Shown piece by piece: positions 37,939-47,772 of a stretch of 64,000 nucleotides of DNA (positions within the stretch are counted from its first letter, which is position 1; the number at the start of each line of letters is the position of its first letter). The position numbers and the translations under genes were made by a program. The notes beneath the pieces are model-generated. The model was not told where the DNA came from. It ran no database searches and was given only the letters and a program-made list of their open reading frames with translations. Source of the DNA: an uncultured Gammaproteobacteria bacterium (GTDB lineage Bacteria > Patescibacteriota > Microgenomatia > JALYQM01); contig CAZGHS010000005.1 in NCBI GenBank assembly GCA_964525495.1, forward strand, positions 12,599-76,598, read 5' to 3'.

Positions 37939-39456
37939 ATGCTTAATCTAAAAGTGCTCCAAAAGAAACTTCAGCGAGTAGACCAAAAAACCGCACTCAT
38001 ATATAGTACCCTCGCCGTAATAGTCCTGGTTGGTTTATTCCTCCGTATCAATGATTTCTCCAATCGCATTTACATTGGAAACGAACAGGGGCGCGACTTT
38101 TTCATTAGCCTCGTTGCCGCTCAGGAGCTCCAGTTACCCATGACTGGCCCATGGTCATCCATCGGCCCGATCACAACCGGACCCTGGTACTGGTATTACC
38201 TCATTCTCATGCGACACCTAATTCCGCACATGTTATCACCTTGGATTGCAACGACCATAGCCTCTCTTCTTACAATCCCCATAATGTATAAAATAGGTAG
38301 CTTAATCTATGACAGATATTTCGGTCTAATATTAGCTGCTCTGGCAGCCTTTTCAATCACACTTATTGAAGCAAGTATTTATCTCACAAACCCATACTTA
38401 TTGGGGTTTACCTCATCACTGACAGTACTCTGTTTCCTTTTGAGCTTCCGTAGCAAGCGTATGATTTATCCGGCGCTTACGGGTCTGTTAGTAGGTATCG
38501 ATTTACAAATTCACTATCAGGCACTTATGCTTGTAGTGCTCCTATTCGGATTTTTTCTTTTGCCTTCTCAGAAAATCAAAGCATTTGCATACTCACTCTT
38601 AGGTTTGTTCATATCCGCAATCCCAATGGGGTTCTTTGAACTGAATAATCATTACTTCAACATATGGCACATGGCCGACTTCTATTTCAATGTCTCAGAA
38701 ACATTCTATACACCACGCCGATGGCTTACTTTCACTACAAACACCTTTCCTAAACTCTGGGGAGATGTGACGGGAGGCGGACTACTTATTGGCAGATTAG
38801 GAATGGTCCTCTCAGGGGTGACGCTCGCGTTTCTCTGGTGGAAAAAGAAGCTCAATAAGGAATCAGTAATTCTAATTATTGTTTTCGCTATACAAATAAT
38901 AAGTATTCGGTATTGGGTAGGGGAAATCTATGTAGCCCGCATACAGTATTTAATTCCATGGATACTGCTATTCACTGGAGCTGTACTCTATACTGCGATT
39001 CGTATACATAAACTTCTAATAGTACTTTTGCCGTTATATATACTTCTCATTTGGTCATCAGTAAGCTCTTATGTGTTCTCACCCAACAAGGATCTAGTAA
39101 GAATCAGACAAGAATTACAACAAATACAACAGAGATATCCGAATGAAAAATTTAGCATTTATTATTGTGAGGTAGACCGTATTTCAAGGGATATGAAGGA
39201 TAACTATTTCATGACTATGTATATGGAAAATATGTATAGCGAAAACGGAAGAAAGATCGCCATATGGCGAAAACGAAATATTCCAATCGTAGACGAAGAA
39301 TGTGGAACCCCGACAAACATTGTACCTGTCATAACTAGTGTTTGGGACATAAATGATGATGAAAATGATGCGTTAACTAAAAAGGGATGGAAAGAGGAGT
39401 CACCAACAAATTTGTACAATCGCTCAGTAAAGTGGTGGTACGACGAAAAGCCATAA
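37939..39456 (+). CDS. GT-C fold membrane glycosyltransferase (EQGRD subfamily)
   Basis: First loop EQGRD...P..GP.SS.....GPWYWYY; NPY; QIHY; many TM helices. Confidence 0.8.
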   Translation: MLNLKVLQKKLQRVDQKTALIYSTLAVIVLVGLFLRINDFSNRIYIGNEQGRDFFISLVAAQELQLPMTGPWSSIGPITTGPWYWYYLILMRHLIPHMLSPWIATTIASLLTIPIMYKIGSLIYDRYFGLILAALAAFSITLIEASIYLTNPYLLGFTSSLTVLCFLLSFRSKRMIYPALTGLLVGIDLQIHYQALMLVVLLFGFFLLPSQKIKAFAYSLLGLFISAIPMGFFELNNHYFNIWHMADFYFNVSETFYTPRRWLTFTTNTFPKLWGDVTGGGLLIGRLGMVLSGVTLAFLWWKKKLNKESVILIIVFAIQIISIRYWVGEIYVARIQYLIPWILLFTGAVLYTAIRIHKLLIVLLPLYILLIWSSVSSYVFSPNKDLVRIRQELQQIQQRYPNEKFSIYYCEVDRISRDMKDNYFMTMYMENMYSENGRKIAIWRKRNIPIVDEECGTPTNIVPVITSVWDINDDENDALTKKGWKEESPTNLYNRSVKWWYDEKP

Positions 39457-39459
39457 GAG

Positions 39460-41109
39460 ATGAAACAACTGACAGCATACATCTTTCATATAATTTTTGC
39501 TGCAATCATAGTACTTGCAACAGGGTTACAATTATTCCGTCTCAATTCTGCACCTGGTGGGGGCTTGGTAGACGAACCAGCCTTTGGATATAGCGCGTAT
39601 TCAATGCTGACTGACTTAAAAGACGAACACGATGTCTTTTTGCCGCTCGTGTTCGAATCATATGGCGATCAGAAAATGCCCCTCTACGTGTATATACTCG
39701 TCCCATTCATTAAAATATTAGGACTAACAGATGCTGCAGTCAGGCTACCGGCCGTACTCAGCGCAATAGTACTGATTCCTTTAGCATACATATTACTCAG
39801 ACAGTGCGGTGTTTCAAAATGGGGAGCAGTTACAACCTGTGCAGTTTTTGCCTTCTCACCATTTGCTTTCATGATGGGCAGAATCGGGCGTGAATCAACT
39901 CTTGGTCTAGTTTTTTATATTCTCGCCCTTATAACATTCTTCCACGCGCTCAAAACAAAAAAATATCTCTACATAATTCTTTCCGTTATATGTTTCGCAG
40001 GTTCCTGGTACAGCTATGTTGCGTATAGATTTGTAACGATCTTTACCTTACCTGTCCTCTACGGAGTATCACTATGGAAAAACCAACTACCGTTCAAACA
40101 GGCAATCATTGCAGCTTTTGCCTTCATACTTCTCATAATTCCTTCAGCCACCGCTGGCTCCATCTTAACTGCTCGAGTAAACCAAGTAGGTATATTCGCT
40201 GACAAAGGCGCTGCGCTTGAGATTACGGAGAAACGGCAGTATTGTGCGCAAAATAACGGAGGAGTGTTATGTCGAATAAACGCAAATAAAGGCGTAGTCT
40301 ATGGCAGAAGAATTATTTCCGAATGGATACAAGCCTTCTCCCCTCAATATTTATTTTTGACGGGAGACAAAGAACTTTTTGTACAAAACGTCGAAAACTA
40401 TGGTCAATTTAGTCTATTTACATTACCCCTCTATTATCTCGGCCTGTTCGCATACTTTCGTAATAGAAAAGAGTACAACCAAACTCATTGGTATATATTT
40501 CTCCTTATCATCCCACTCGCAGTCCTTCCAGCAGTTATCGCTGGACTCCATCAGAAAATGCGTACTGCACCTTTCGTATTCCTTAGTCTGATTCCTATAG
40601 CGTTCGGATTAGACTATGCACTGAATACAGTGCGTTCATATACGAATCATTACAAAGTGATAAGTGCATTAATACTAACCTTTTTAATTTTCGTTTCAAC
40701 AATCATTTTTCAGTTAGACTTTCATACAGTTCATATCTCAAAATATAGCACGCTGTATAACGCACAGCTCACACCCCTCATGAAATTTTTAAAACAATAT
40801 GAAGACAAGACTCCCGTATACATAGCGACATTCTCAAGTGACCCGATTATGTTTTACGCGTTTTATAACCAAGTATCCCCTGTAGACTACAGAAAAAACG
40901 TGACCTACTTTGACCGAGACGGTGGGGGATTCAAACATGCACAATCATATAAGCAAATCAGAATTCAAGATATTGACCCTCAAACAATCCAAGAAAAAAG
41001 ATTTCTGTATGTTACAGATAAGAAATTACCTTACAAACAAATATATGTAGGGAAAACAGAAAACAAAGTGCACGAACTAGTTTATGTCTACGAAATAGAG
41101 AAAAACTAA
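39460..41109 (+). CDS. GT-C (PMT/ArnT-like) membrane glycosyltransferase
   Basis: LVDEPAFGYSAYS...KDEH..FLP..FESYGDQKMPLYVY, AVRLP, FSP. Confidence 0.87.
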   Translation: MKQLTAYIFHIIFAAIIVLATGLQLFRLNSAPGGGLVDEPAFGYSAYSMLTDLKDEHDVFLPLVFESYGDQKMPLYVYILVPFIKILGLTDAAVRLPAVLSAIVLIPLAYILLRQCGVSKWGAVTTCAVFAFSPFAFMMGRIGRESTLGLVFYILALITFFHALKTKKYLYIILSVICFAGSWYSYVAYRFVTIFTLPVLYGVSLWKNQLPFKQAIIAAFAFILLIIPSATAGSILTARVNQVGIFADKGAALEITEKRQYCAQNNGGVLCRINANKGVVYGRRIISEWIQAFSPQYLFLTGDKELFVQNVENYGQFSLFTLPLYYLGLFAYFRNRKEYNQTHWYIFLLIIPLAVLPAVIAGLHQKMRTAPFVFLSLIPIAFGLDYALNTVRSYTNHYKVISALILTFLIFVSTIIFQLDFHTVHISKYSTLYNAQLTPLMKFLKQYEDKTPVYIATFSSDPIMFYAFYNQVSPVDYRKNVTYFDRDGGGFKHAQSYKQIRIQDIDPQTIQEKRFLYVTDKKLPYKQIYVGKTENKVHELVYVYEIEKN

Positions 41110-42791
41110 TCTGCAATTTTTTCTTTAATAAAACCTTTTTCTAACAATCGAGCAGTAACTTCGTCCACAGCATCTTTGCGGATATAAAGTTTTGCTTCAA
41201 TATCCACCTTCAACGTTATCGACGTAGTAGTAACATATGCTTTGTTCCCTTTGCGGTAATCAACGTAATGCACGTACTCTTCCGACAAGAAATCCAAAAA
41301 AGGCACACCAAATGTTTCCGGACTTTTACCTAAAACATAAAAATATTTATCAAAATAGATAACTTTGGGGCGTTTACTACGAATCTCATCAGTCATTGGT
41401 TGGACCAATCCCGCCTCTTTCATCGCTGGGATCATGATCTGGTATCGAGAAGGCACTTGAGCATTCATGTACCACAAATCCTCAAAAGCAAATGGACCTA
41501 TCCACGCATAGTCGTCTTTAGTTATTGCTGCATTCACCATAGGAGCAATGTCAGGACGATCATAAATTAATGGCATTAGACCCATATATTTACTGTAGGC
41601 TTTATCGGAAAAATATTTAATAAATGTCAGTGAAGAGAAGCTAAACAAAATTCCACAAATACCAAACAACCCATATAATATAAACATTTGCGGCCGGTTA
41701 AATGACTTGTCACGCAAGGCAACATACGCTCTCCACAAAAACACAAACGAAACAAATAAACACAACACAAAATACACAGCAATCTGGTAATCAGGCTCTT
41801 TAGACGTCAAAGGATTACTACGAACATTGGCAAAAGTTAAAACACCTAATGTAAACGCAGCGAATATAAACTGTTTTCTAAATAACAAATAGATCACAAA
41901 ACACACAAACCCCACAGCCAAAGCAACATTCACAGGATACTGCAAACTAGCACTAGGAACCTGCGTCAACAGGCTTAGCGTATTTGAAAAAAACATATAC
42001 GTAATGGCTACTGCATAACGAATCGGATTAAACGAAGACGATCCTTCCGGTCGAGGATAATTATAAATATAATAATTTTTGTTAAATTCATACGCCTGGC
42101 GATAAAAATCTCCAAGATTACCTTGAATAGCAAATACAACAAACAAAAATATAAATGGAGCGCTCAAAAAACCAATAGCCGTAAATGCTTCTTTTAATAC
42201 GATTTTTTTACCATTGAAAAAATACCGATACAGCAAGAATGAATAGAACAAAGAACACACAAAAAAGTAAGTAAACGAACTCGTAAGCGCAAGAAAAACC
42301 AGCAGTCCAGGTACGAAAAGTTCTCTCGGGGTAATAGAACGCTCATATAGTACAAGCCCGGTACAGAATGCAAACACAGGCAATAAGAAAAGTGCCGCAA
42401 TACTGTCAGCAAGCAACATGTGTCCCCAAAAATAGGTCAGTGTAACCTGAAGAAAAAACAGAAACAGCAAGTATAGTCGACTAAATTCTGAAGGAAAACG
42501 TTTCCGTATAAACCAGTAACTCCATAAGAGATAGATACAAAGCAAAATGGCATACACTATGCGGAAACCAAAAAACGAAATGCCTGAAAACAATTGAGGT
42601 ATAACTGCAACAAAATATGCAGTCGGTCCATGGTGGGTAAAAAAGTCAGAATAAATCGGCTTACCTTCAATTAGGTACCGGCCTCCCAGAATATTGTCAA
42701 ACTCATCTGGATAGGACTCATGGACAGTATTTATCAGTCCAATACTAAAAAACAGGATAATTAAAAGAGTAACCTTTAAGTAATGCCACAT
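41106..42791 (-). CDS. GT-C fold membrane glycosyltransferase-like protein
   Basis: YPDEFDN..GG.....G..IY.DFF.HHGP..Y first loop; many TM segments; C-terminal soluble domain. Confidence 0.75.
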   Translation of the reverse strand: MWHYLKVTLLIILFFSIGLINTVHESYPDEFDNILGGRYLIEGKPIYSDFFTHHGPTAYFVAVIPQLFSGISFFGFRIVYAILLCIYLLWSYWFIRKRFPSEFSRLYLLFLFFLQVTLTYFWGHMLLADSIAALFLLPVFAFCTGLVLYERSITPRELFVPGLLVFLALTSSFTYFFVCSLFYSFLLYRYFFNGKKIVLKEAFTAIGFLSAPFIFLFVVFAIQGNLGDFYRQAYEFNKNYYIYNYPRPEGSSSFNPIRYAVAITYMFFSNTLSLLTQVPSASLQYPVNVALAVGFVCFVIYLLFRKQFIFAAFTLGVLTFANVRSNPLTSKEPDYQIAVYFVLCLFVSFVFLWRAYVALRDKSFNRPQMFILYGLFGICGILFSFSSLTFIKYFSDKAYSKYMGLMPLIYDRPDIAPMVNAAITKDDYAWIGPFAFEDLWYMNAQVPSRYQIMIPAMKEAGLVQPMTDEIRSKRPKVIYFDKYFYVLGKSPETFGVPFLDFLSEEYVHYVDYRKGNKAYVTTTSITLKVDIEAKLYIRKDAVDEVTARLLEKGFIKEKIAD

Positions 42792-42866
42792 ATTCCAAAT
42801 TCAGTATATCACTCAAAATATAGTATGCACGCCCACGATCCGGTATAATACCAAAAGAACAACAGC

Positions 42867-44513
42867 ATGATAAAAAAAGCCATTATTTTAGCCATTATTG
42901 TCATCGGAATTACACTCAGGTTCTATAACCTCGGAGAGGTTCCTTATTCAATGGACTGGGATGAAGTTTCACTGGGGTACAACGCGTATTCCATGTTATT
43001 GCAAGGAACCGACGAATACGGCAATACCTGGCCTCTCTCCATTCGTTCATTCAACGACTACAAACCACCAGCTTACGCGTACTTCACAATTCCTTCTATC
43101 GCACTCTTCGGACTTGATCAGTTTTCTATTCGTGCACCAAGCGCATTCTTTGGCTCGCTTACCATCATTTTTGTTTACCTGTTAACTCGTGAATTTTTTA
43201 AAAACTCAAAAAACAGCCAACTTCGTGAATATGCACCATTGACTGCGATGTTCATTTTTGCGATCTCGCCCTGGTCTCTGCAATTTTCTCGAGCAGCATT
43301 CGAAGCAAACATAGCAGTCTTCTTTGTGGTATCAGGAATGTGGGCAATCCTTCATTATTTGAATACTCAAAAGCCTAAATGGATCTACCTCAGCGCACTA
43401 TTATTGGCGGCTTCATTTTACTGTTATCACGCACCCCGCCTCGTAGTTCCACTTCTTCTTCTCGGCGTACTAATACGCTATCGTAATGCATTCAAACAGC
43501 AATACAAACATGTAATTATTGCCTCAGTTATCGCCCTCATATTCATAGCGCCTCTGGTAATTGTTCTGTTCCGAGGTACCGCTTCATCGCGCTTCACATC
43601 GGTCTCAGTGTTTAAGCCTTCCTTCGAAATGTTGCGAACCTTAGAATACGCCAGAGAAGACGAAGTAAAAGGCAAATGGGAATCCATATTTCACAATAGA
43701 AGAATGATTTACGCCTTGAGCATTGTAGAAGGATACGCAGACCATTTTTATCCCAGCAGTATGTTCCTCAAAGGAGATCCAGTACAACGTCATCATGCTC
43801 CCGGCATGGGTCATTTCTACTTACTCGAATTTCCTTTCTTCATCATTGGACTTATATTTCTTCTAAAAAAGAAGTTCAACTTTAAATGGCTATTCTTCTA
43901 TTGGTACTTTATTGCGCCAATTCCTGCAGCAATCTCAACCGGCACACCGCACGCCATTCGCAGTATTTTATTCTTGCCCATCCCACAGATCATGATTGCG
44001 GTTGGACTGATCGTGGCAATAAACTGGTCAAGGCAACAAATACAAAAAATCTCAAAATCCAAAGCACTCATATATTTCCCAGCTATACTCGTTATCCTCT
44101 CGTACATAGCAAACTTCACGTATTATCTCAATCAATATTACGTAAACTTAGATAAAGAGTACGCTCGTGAATGGCAATATGGCTATAAAGAATTAGTAGA
44201 AACGCTCAAGCCTATAGAAGATAAATATGACAAAATTCTGGTAACTACCGCCTGGGACCAGCCATATATATACTTTCTCTATTACAAAAACTATGATCCT
44301 CGAGTTTGGATAAACAATGGAGAATTCAATAAAGGGTTCGATAAATACGAATTCCGGCGTGTAATCTGGGCAGAGGACAGGAATTTAAAAAATACATTAA
44401 TAGTGGGAAGTTTCGGAGAAATTCCAGAAGGTGAGTCAGGAACGCTAAAAGTTATTACATTTCCTGATGGGAAACTCGACGCTTTTAGAATCTATGATAA
44501 TCCCAACGACTAG
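42867..44513 (+). CDS. GT-C (PMT/ArnT-like) membrane glycosyltransferase
   Basis: MDWDEVSLGYNAYS, NDYKPPAYAY, RAPSA, SPWSLQFSRAAFEAN, WQYGYKE. Confidence 0.9.
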   Translation: MIKKAIILAIIVIGITLRFYNLGEVPYSMDWDEVSLGYNAYSMLLQGTDEYGNTWPLSIRSFNDYKPPAYAYFTIPSIALFGLDQFSIRAPSAFFGSLTIIFVYLLTREFFKNSKNSQLREYAPLTAMFIFAISPWSLQFSRAAFEANIAVFFVVSGMWAILHYLNTQKPKWIYLSALLLAASFYCYHAPRLVVPLLLLGVLIRYRNAFKQQYKHVIIASVIALIFIAPLVIVLFRGTASSRFTSVSVFKPSFEMLRTLEYAREDEVKGKWESIFHNRRMIYALSIVEGYADHFYPSSMFLKGDPVQRHHAPGMGHFYLLEFPFFIIGLIFLLKKKFNFKWLFFYWYFIAPIPAAISTGTPHAIRSILFLPIPQIMIAVGLIVAINWSRQQIQKISKSKALIYFPAILVILSYIANFTYYLNQYYVNLDKEYAREWQYGYKELVETLKPIEDKYDKILVTTAWDQPYIYFLYYKNYDPRVWINNGEFNKGFDKYEFRRVIWAEDRNLKNTLIVGSFGEIPEGESGTLKVITFPDGKLDAFRIYDNPND

Positions 44514-44573
44514 CGCTCATTTGCGTAATTTATGCGAATCAGATAAAGTATAAAAGAATAAAAAGGAATATAT

Positions 44574-46091
44574 ATGAATGAAACAGGTAAAAAAGTAGTA
44601 ATTCTCGGAGCAGGACTCGCAGGTTTAGCCTGTGGGCACGAGCTCACTAAGAAGTCCGATACTCAAGTGACATTAGTTGAAAAAAACCCCTATGCTGGTG
44701 GTTTAGCTGTTACATTCCGTAAAAATGGCTTTGTCTTCGACTCTGGGCCTCATCGATGGTTCACCAAATCTGACGAAATTGACGAGTGGATGCGAGATCT
44801 TCTCAAAGGAGAGCTTACTGACGTCAATCGCCTCACCCGTATCTACTATAAAGGTAAATACTATAACTACCCACTCAAGCCGCTCAACGCGCTTGCAAAT
44901 CTCGGTATCTTTCATGCAGTCTGGGCTATTTTGTCATATTTCAAAACACGTATCGCCATAAAAACTGGCCTTCGTACACCCTCAAACGAAAACATGAAAG
45001 ACGCCTATATTAACCTTTTTGGCACCAAACTATACTACGAATTCTTCCACTATTATACAGAAAAACTCTGGGGTAAAAAAACCACTGAACTTTCAGGCGA
45101 CTGGGTCTCGCAGCGCGCAAAAGGTTTAAGTATCTGGGGTGCAGTCAAAGATTCGTTTATTAAATCTAAAAACGTTGTCAGTTTAATAGACAAATTTATC
45201 TACCCCAAAACCGGGTTTGGTCGCATCGCCGAAAAGCTCGAGGAAGATATTCTTAAAAAATCACAGAACAAGATCCAACTCTCCCAAGATGTCATAAAAA
45301 TTGATTGGTCAGAGAAAGATGGCGAAAAACACATCAACTCCATAACCGTCACCCAAACACACGCAAAAGATATCCACGACGAACACATAGAAATTAGCCG
45401 CAAAGAACTTGGAAGTAAGCCGACCGCACAGAGCGATCAAACAGAAACATTAACTGCTGAGAACTTTGTTTCTAGTATCCCGCTCACAGAATTAGTACTT
45501 AAACTTACTCCAGCAGCCGATGAAAACGTTATTCAAGCAGCCAAAGGCTTATCCTATCGCGACGAAATACAAGTCACAGTTATGGTCAACAAAGCACACT
45601 TCACTCCAGACAACTGGGTCTATACCCAAGACTCCAAACTTATTTTCGTGCGTCTCATGGAAATGGATGCTTGGACCGACGGTCTTTCACCTGAAGGCAC
45701 GACATCAATAGTATTCGAACTCGCATGCCAAGAGGGTGACGAGCTATGGAACATGAAGGACGAGGACATTGTGACTAAAGTAGCCGAAAACTATATCGCA
45801 GAATTCCATTACTTCGAAAAAGAAAATATTGTGGGCTCATACGTTCACCGTGTACCAAAAGAATATCCTGTCTACGATCTCGGCTACAAAGAAAAAGTCG
45901 AAGCGCTTAAAGAGTATCTCAAAGGATTCAAAAATCTCCAGATCATCGGCCGCAATGGAACATTCAAGTATAACAACTCAGACCACTCAATCCAAATGGG
46001 TCTCTATGCTGCCAGAAATATCATGGGTGAAAATTACGATCTCGAAAACGTCAACACCGACCGTGCATATCACGAAGTAAAAAAGGTTTAA
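44574..46091 (+). CDS. FAD-dependent oxidoreductase, UDP-galactopyranose mutase/HemY-like family
   Basis: ILGAGLAGL FAD fingerprint, FDSGPHRWF, YTEKLWG, YPVY, IGRNGTFKYNNSDHS. Confidence 0.8.
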   Translation: MNETGKKVVILGAGLAGLACGHELTKKSDTQVTLVEKNPYAGGLAVTFRKNGFVFDSGPHRWFTKSDEIDEWMRDLLKGELTDVNRLTRIYYKGKYYNYPLKPLNALANLGIFHAVWAILSYFKTRIAIKTGLRTPSNENMKDAYINLFGTKLYYEFFHYYTEKLWGKKTTELSGDWVSQRAKGLSIWGAVKDSFIKSKNVVSLIDKFIYPKTGFGRIAEKLEEDILKKSQNKIQLSQDVIKIDWSEKDGEKHINSITVTQTHAKDIHDEHIEISRKELGSKPTAQSDQTETLTAENFVSSIPLTELVLKLTPAADENVIQAAKGLSYRDEIQVTVMVNKAHFTPDNWVYTQDSKLIFVRLMEMDAWTDGLSPEGTTSIVFELACQEGDELWNMKDEDIVTKVAENYIAEFHYFEKENIVGSYVHRVPKEYPVYDLGYKEKVEALKEYLKGFKNLQIIGRNGTFKYNNSDHSIQMGLYAARNIMGENYDLENVNTDRAYHEVKKV

Positions 46092-46159
46092 GTGGAGTCT
46101 GGACATCCGCCTCCAACTGCGGTACGCTATCTACGTATAGTCTATCTAAAGGGGTTCTC

Positions 46160-46744
46160 ATGAAAAAATTTATCGCTATTGCAGGTACTGCACTTTTATT
46201 AGCAGCTTGTACACCTAAAGCTCCCGCAACCACAGAAACAGATATTATGGAACCAGTAGCCACGCCGGTAGTGACAGCGCGTCCAACAGGCACACCTATT
46301 GCTATGATGAATGAAGGATCAAGCAGCGCAAAACCATCTTTCAAACTCACTGCACAAAACAATTCCAAGCAAGACGGCACAGTAATGTTTGAAGAAGTCG
46401 CCGGAAAAGTAAAAGTAACTGTCCAGGTTGCAAACGCAACAGCAGCAGCTGAGCCAGCACACATTCATGCAGGTGTCTGTCCTAAGCCAGGTGACGTAAA
46501 ATATCCACTCACAGACGTAGTAAACGGAAAGTCTGAAACAACATTACCAGCAGGTGTAACACTCGCTTCACTCGCAGATCTCGGTAAACTATCTGTAAAT
46601 GTACACAAGTCTAAAGCTGAGATAGCAACCTATCTATCTTGCGGCAACCTAGACTTTTCAGCATCAATGACAAAAGCAAGCCCATCAGGTTCAGCGATGA
46701 CTTCAAGCAAAGCATCTGCTTCACCAAAAGCATCGGCTATGTAA
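46160..46744 (+). CDS. Putative lipoprotein with His/Cys small beta-domain (CHRD / Cu-Zn-SOD-like fold)
   Basis: LLAAC lipobox; PAHIHAGVC...YPL...NVHKS...Y.SCG. Confidence 0.6.
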   Translation: MKKFIAIAGTALLLAACTPKAPATTETDIMEPVATPVVTARPTGTPIAMMNEGSSSAKPSFKLTAQNNSKQDGTVMFEEVAGKVKVTVQVANATAAAEPAHIHAGVCPKPGDVKYPLTDVVNGKSETTLPAGVTLASLADLGKLSVNVHKSKAEIATYLSCGNLDFSASMTKASPSGSAMTSSKASASPKASAM

Positions 46745-46769
46745 TAATTTAACTAACTCACGTAACGCT

Positions 46770-46800
46770 AAAAGCCCTCCTAAAACTCGAGGGCTTTTTT
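46770..46800 (+). terminator. Rho-independent terminator (possibly bidirectional)
   Basis: AAAAGCCCTC-ctaaaactc-GAGGGCTTTT followed by TT, 25 nt after the stop of the upstream gene. Confidence 0.85.
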
Positions 46801-46814
46801 AATACACATCACAA

Positions 46815-46860
46815 ACGCAACTCTATTGCAATTGAAAATAATCTACTGTATAATATAAGT
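46815..46860 (+). promoter_or_regulatory. Sigma70 promoter (TTGCAA-17-TATAAT) for leaderless znuA, with overlapping GCAA-N5-TTGC palindrome (candidate Zur/Fur-family operator)
   Basis: TTGCAA 46826-31, TATAAT 46849-54, ATG 6 nt later; palindrome GCAActctaTTGC at 46817-46829. Confidence 0.7.
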
Positions 46861-47772
46861 ATGAAGTTAAGGCACGTTGCGTTATTTATTTGTACTATCG
46901 GACTAGGCATCTTCCTACTCACATTCCTAACTAGCCCTAAAAAAACAGATCACAACACGCAGAACAAACTCCATGTAACCACAAGTTTCTATCCGCTCCA
47001 ATTTCTGGCGCAAGAAGTAGGGAAAGACAACCTCATCGTCACATCCATTGTTCCTGCTGGTGTTGAACCACACGACTTCGAACCAAAACCTCAAGATATT
47101 ACCAATTTACTCTCATCAGATTTACTCATATACAACGGCGCCGGATTTGAAACCTGGATAGACAAACTCACACCTGACTTACAAAAGGAAAACATACAAC
47201 TAATCGATGCCAGTCAAGATCTTGTCCTCCTCCCTCAGGAGTCTGGCTACGACCCTCACATCTGGCTCGATCCAGTACTCGCCATACAAATTACAGACAA
47301 GATAACGCAAGCCTTTATTACAAGTGATCCACAAAACCAAGCAAGTTATGAAGTAAACGCAGCAGACCTTAAAACTAACCTAACGCAACTACACAACCAG
47401 TTTAATAACCTCGGTACTTCCTGCGCACGATCTGAAATAATCACATCCCATAACGCCTTCGGATACCTTGCATCACGATATGGTTTTGTTGCAAACTCCA
47501 TATCCGGGCTCTCTCCTGACGAAGAACCATCTCCGCAGAAGCTAGCGGAGTTAGTCGAACTCGCAAAACAAAAAAATATTAAGTATATTTTCTACGAATC
47601 ACTCATTTCTCCGCGCATATCTGCTACAATAGCCCAAGAGGTAGGCGCCCAAACACTACTCTTTAATCCAATCGAAGGATTAACAGACGAAGAGATCGCA
47701 CAAGGCCAAAATTACATAACTATTCAACAGCAAAACCTTGCCAATCTCAAAATCGCGCTAGAATGCCAATGA
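46861..47772 (+). CDS. znuA: Zn/Mn ABC transporter substrate-binding protein
   Basis: TSFYP, GVEPHDFEP, DPHIWLDP, SHNAFGYL. Confidence 0.92.
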   Translation: MKLRHVALFICTIGLGIFLLTFLTSPKKTDHNTQNKLHVTTSFYPLQFLAQEVGKDNLIVTSIVPAGVEPHDFEPKPQDITNLLSSDLLIYNGAGFETWIDKLTPDLQKENIQLIDASQDLVLLPQESGYDPHIWLDPVLAIQITDKITQAFITSDPQNQASYEVNAADLKTNLTQLHNQFNNLGTSCARSEIITSHNAFGYLASRYGFVANSISGLSPDEEPSPQKLAELVELAKQKNIKYIFYESLISPRISATIAQEVGAQTLLFNPIEGLTDEEIAQGQNYITIQQQNLANLKIALECQ

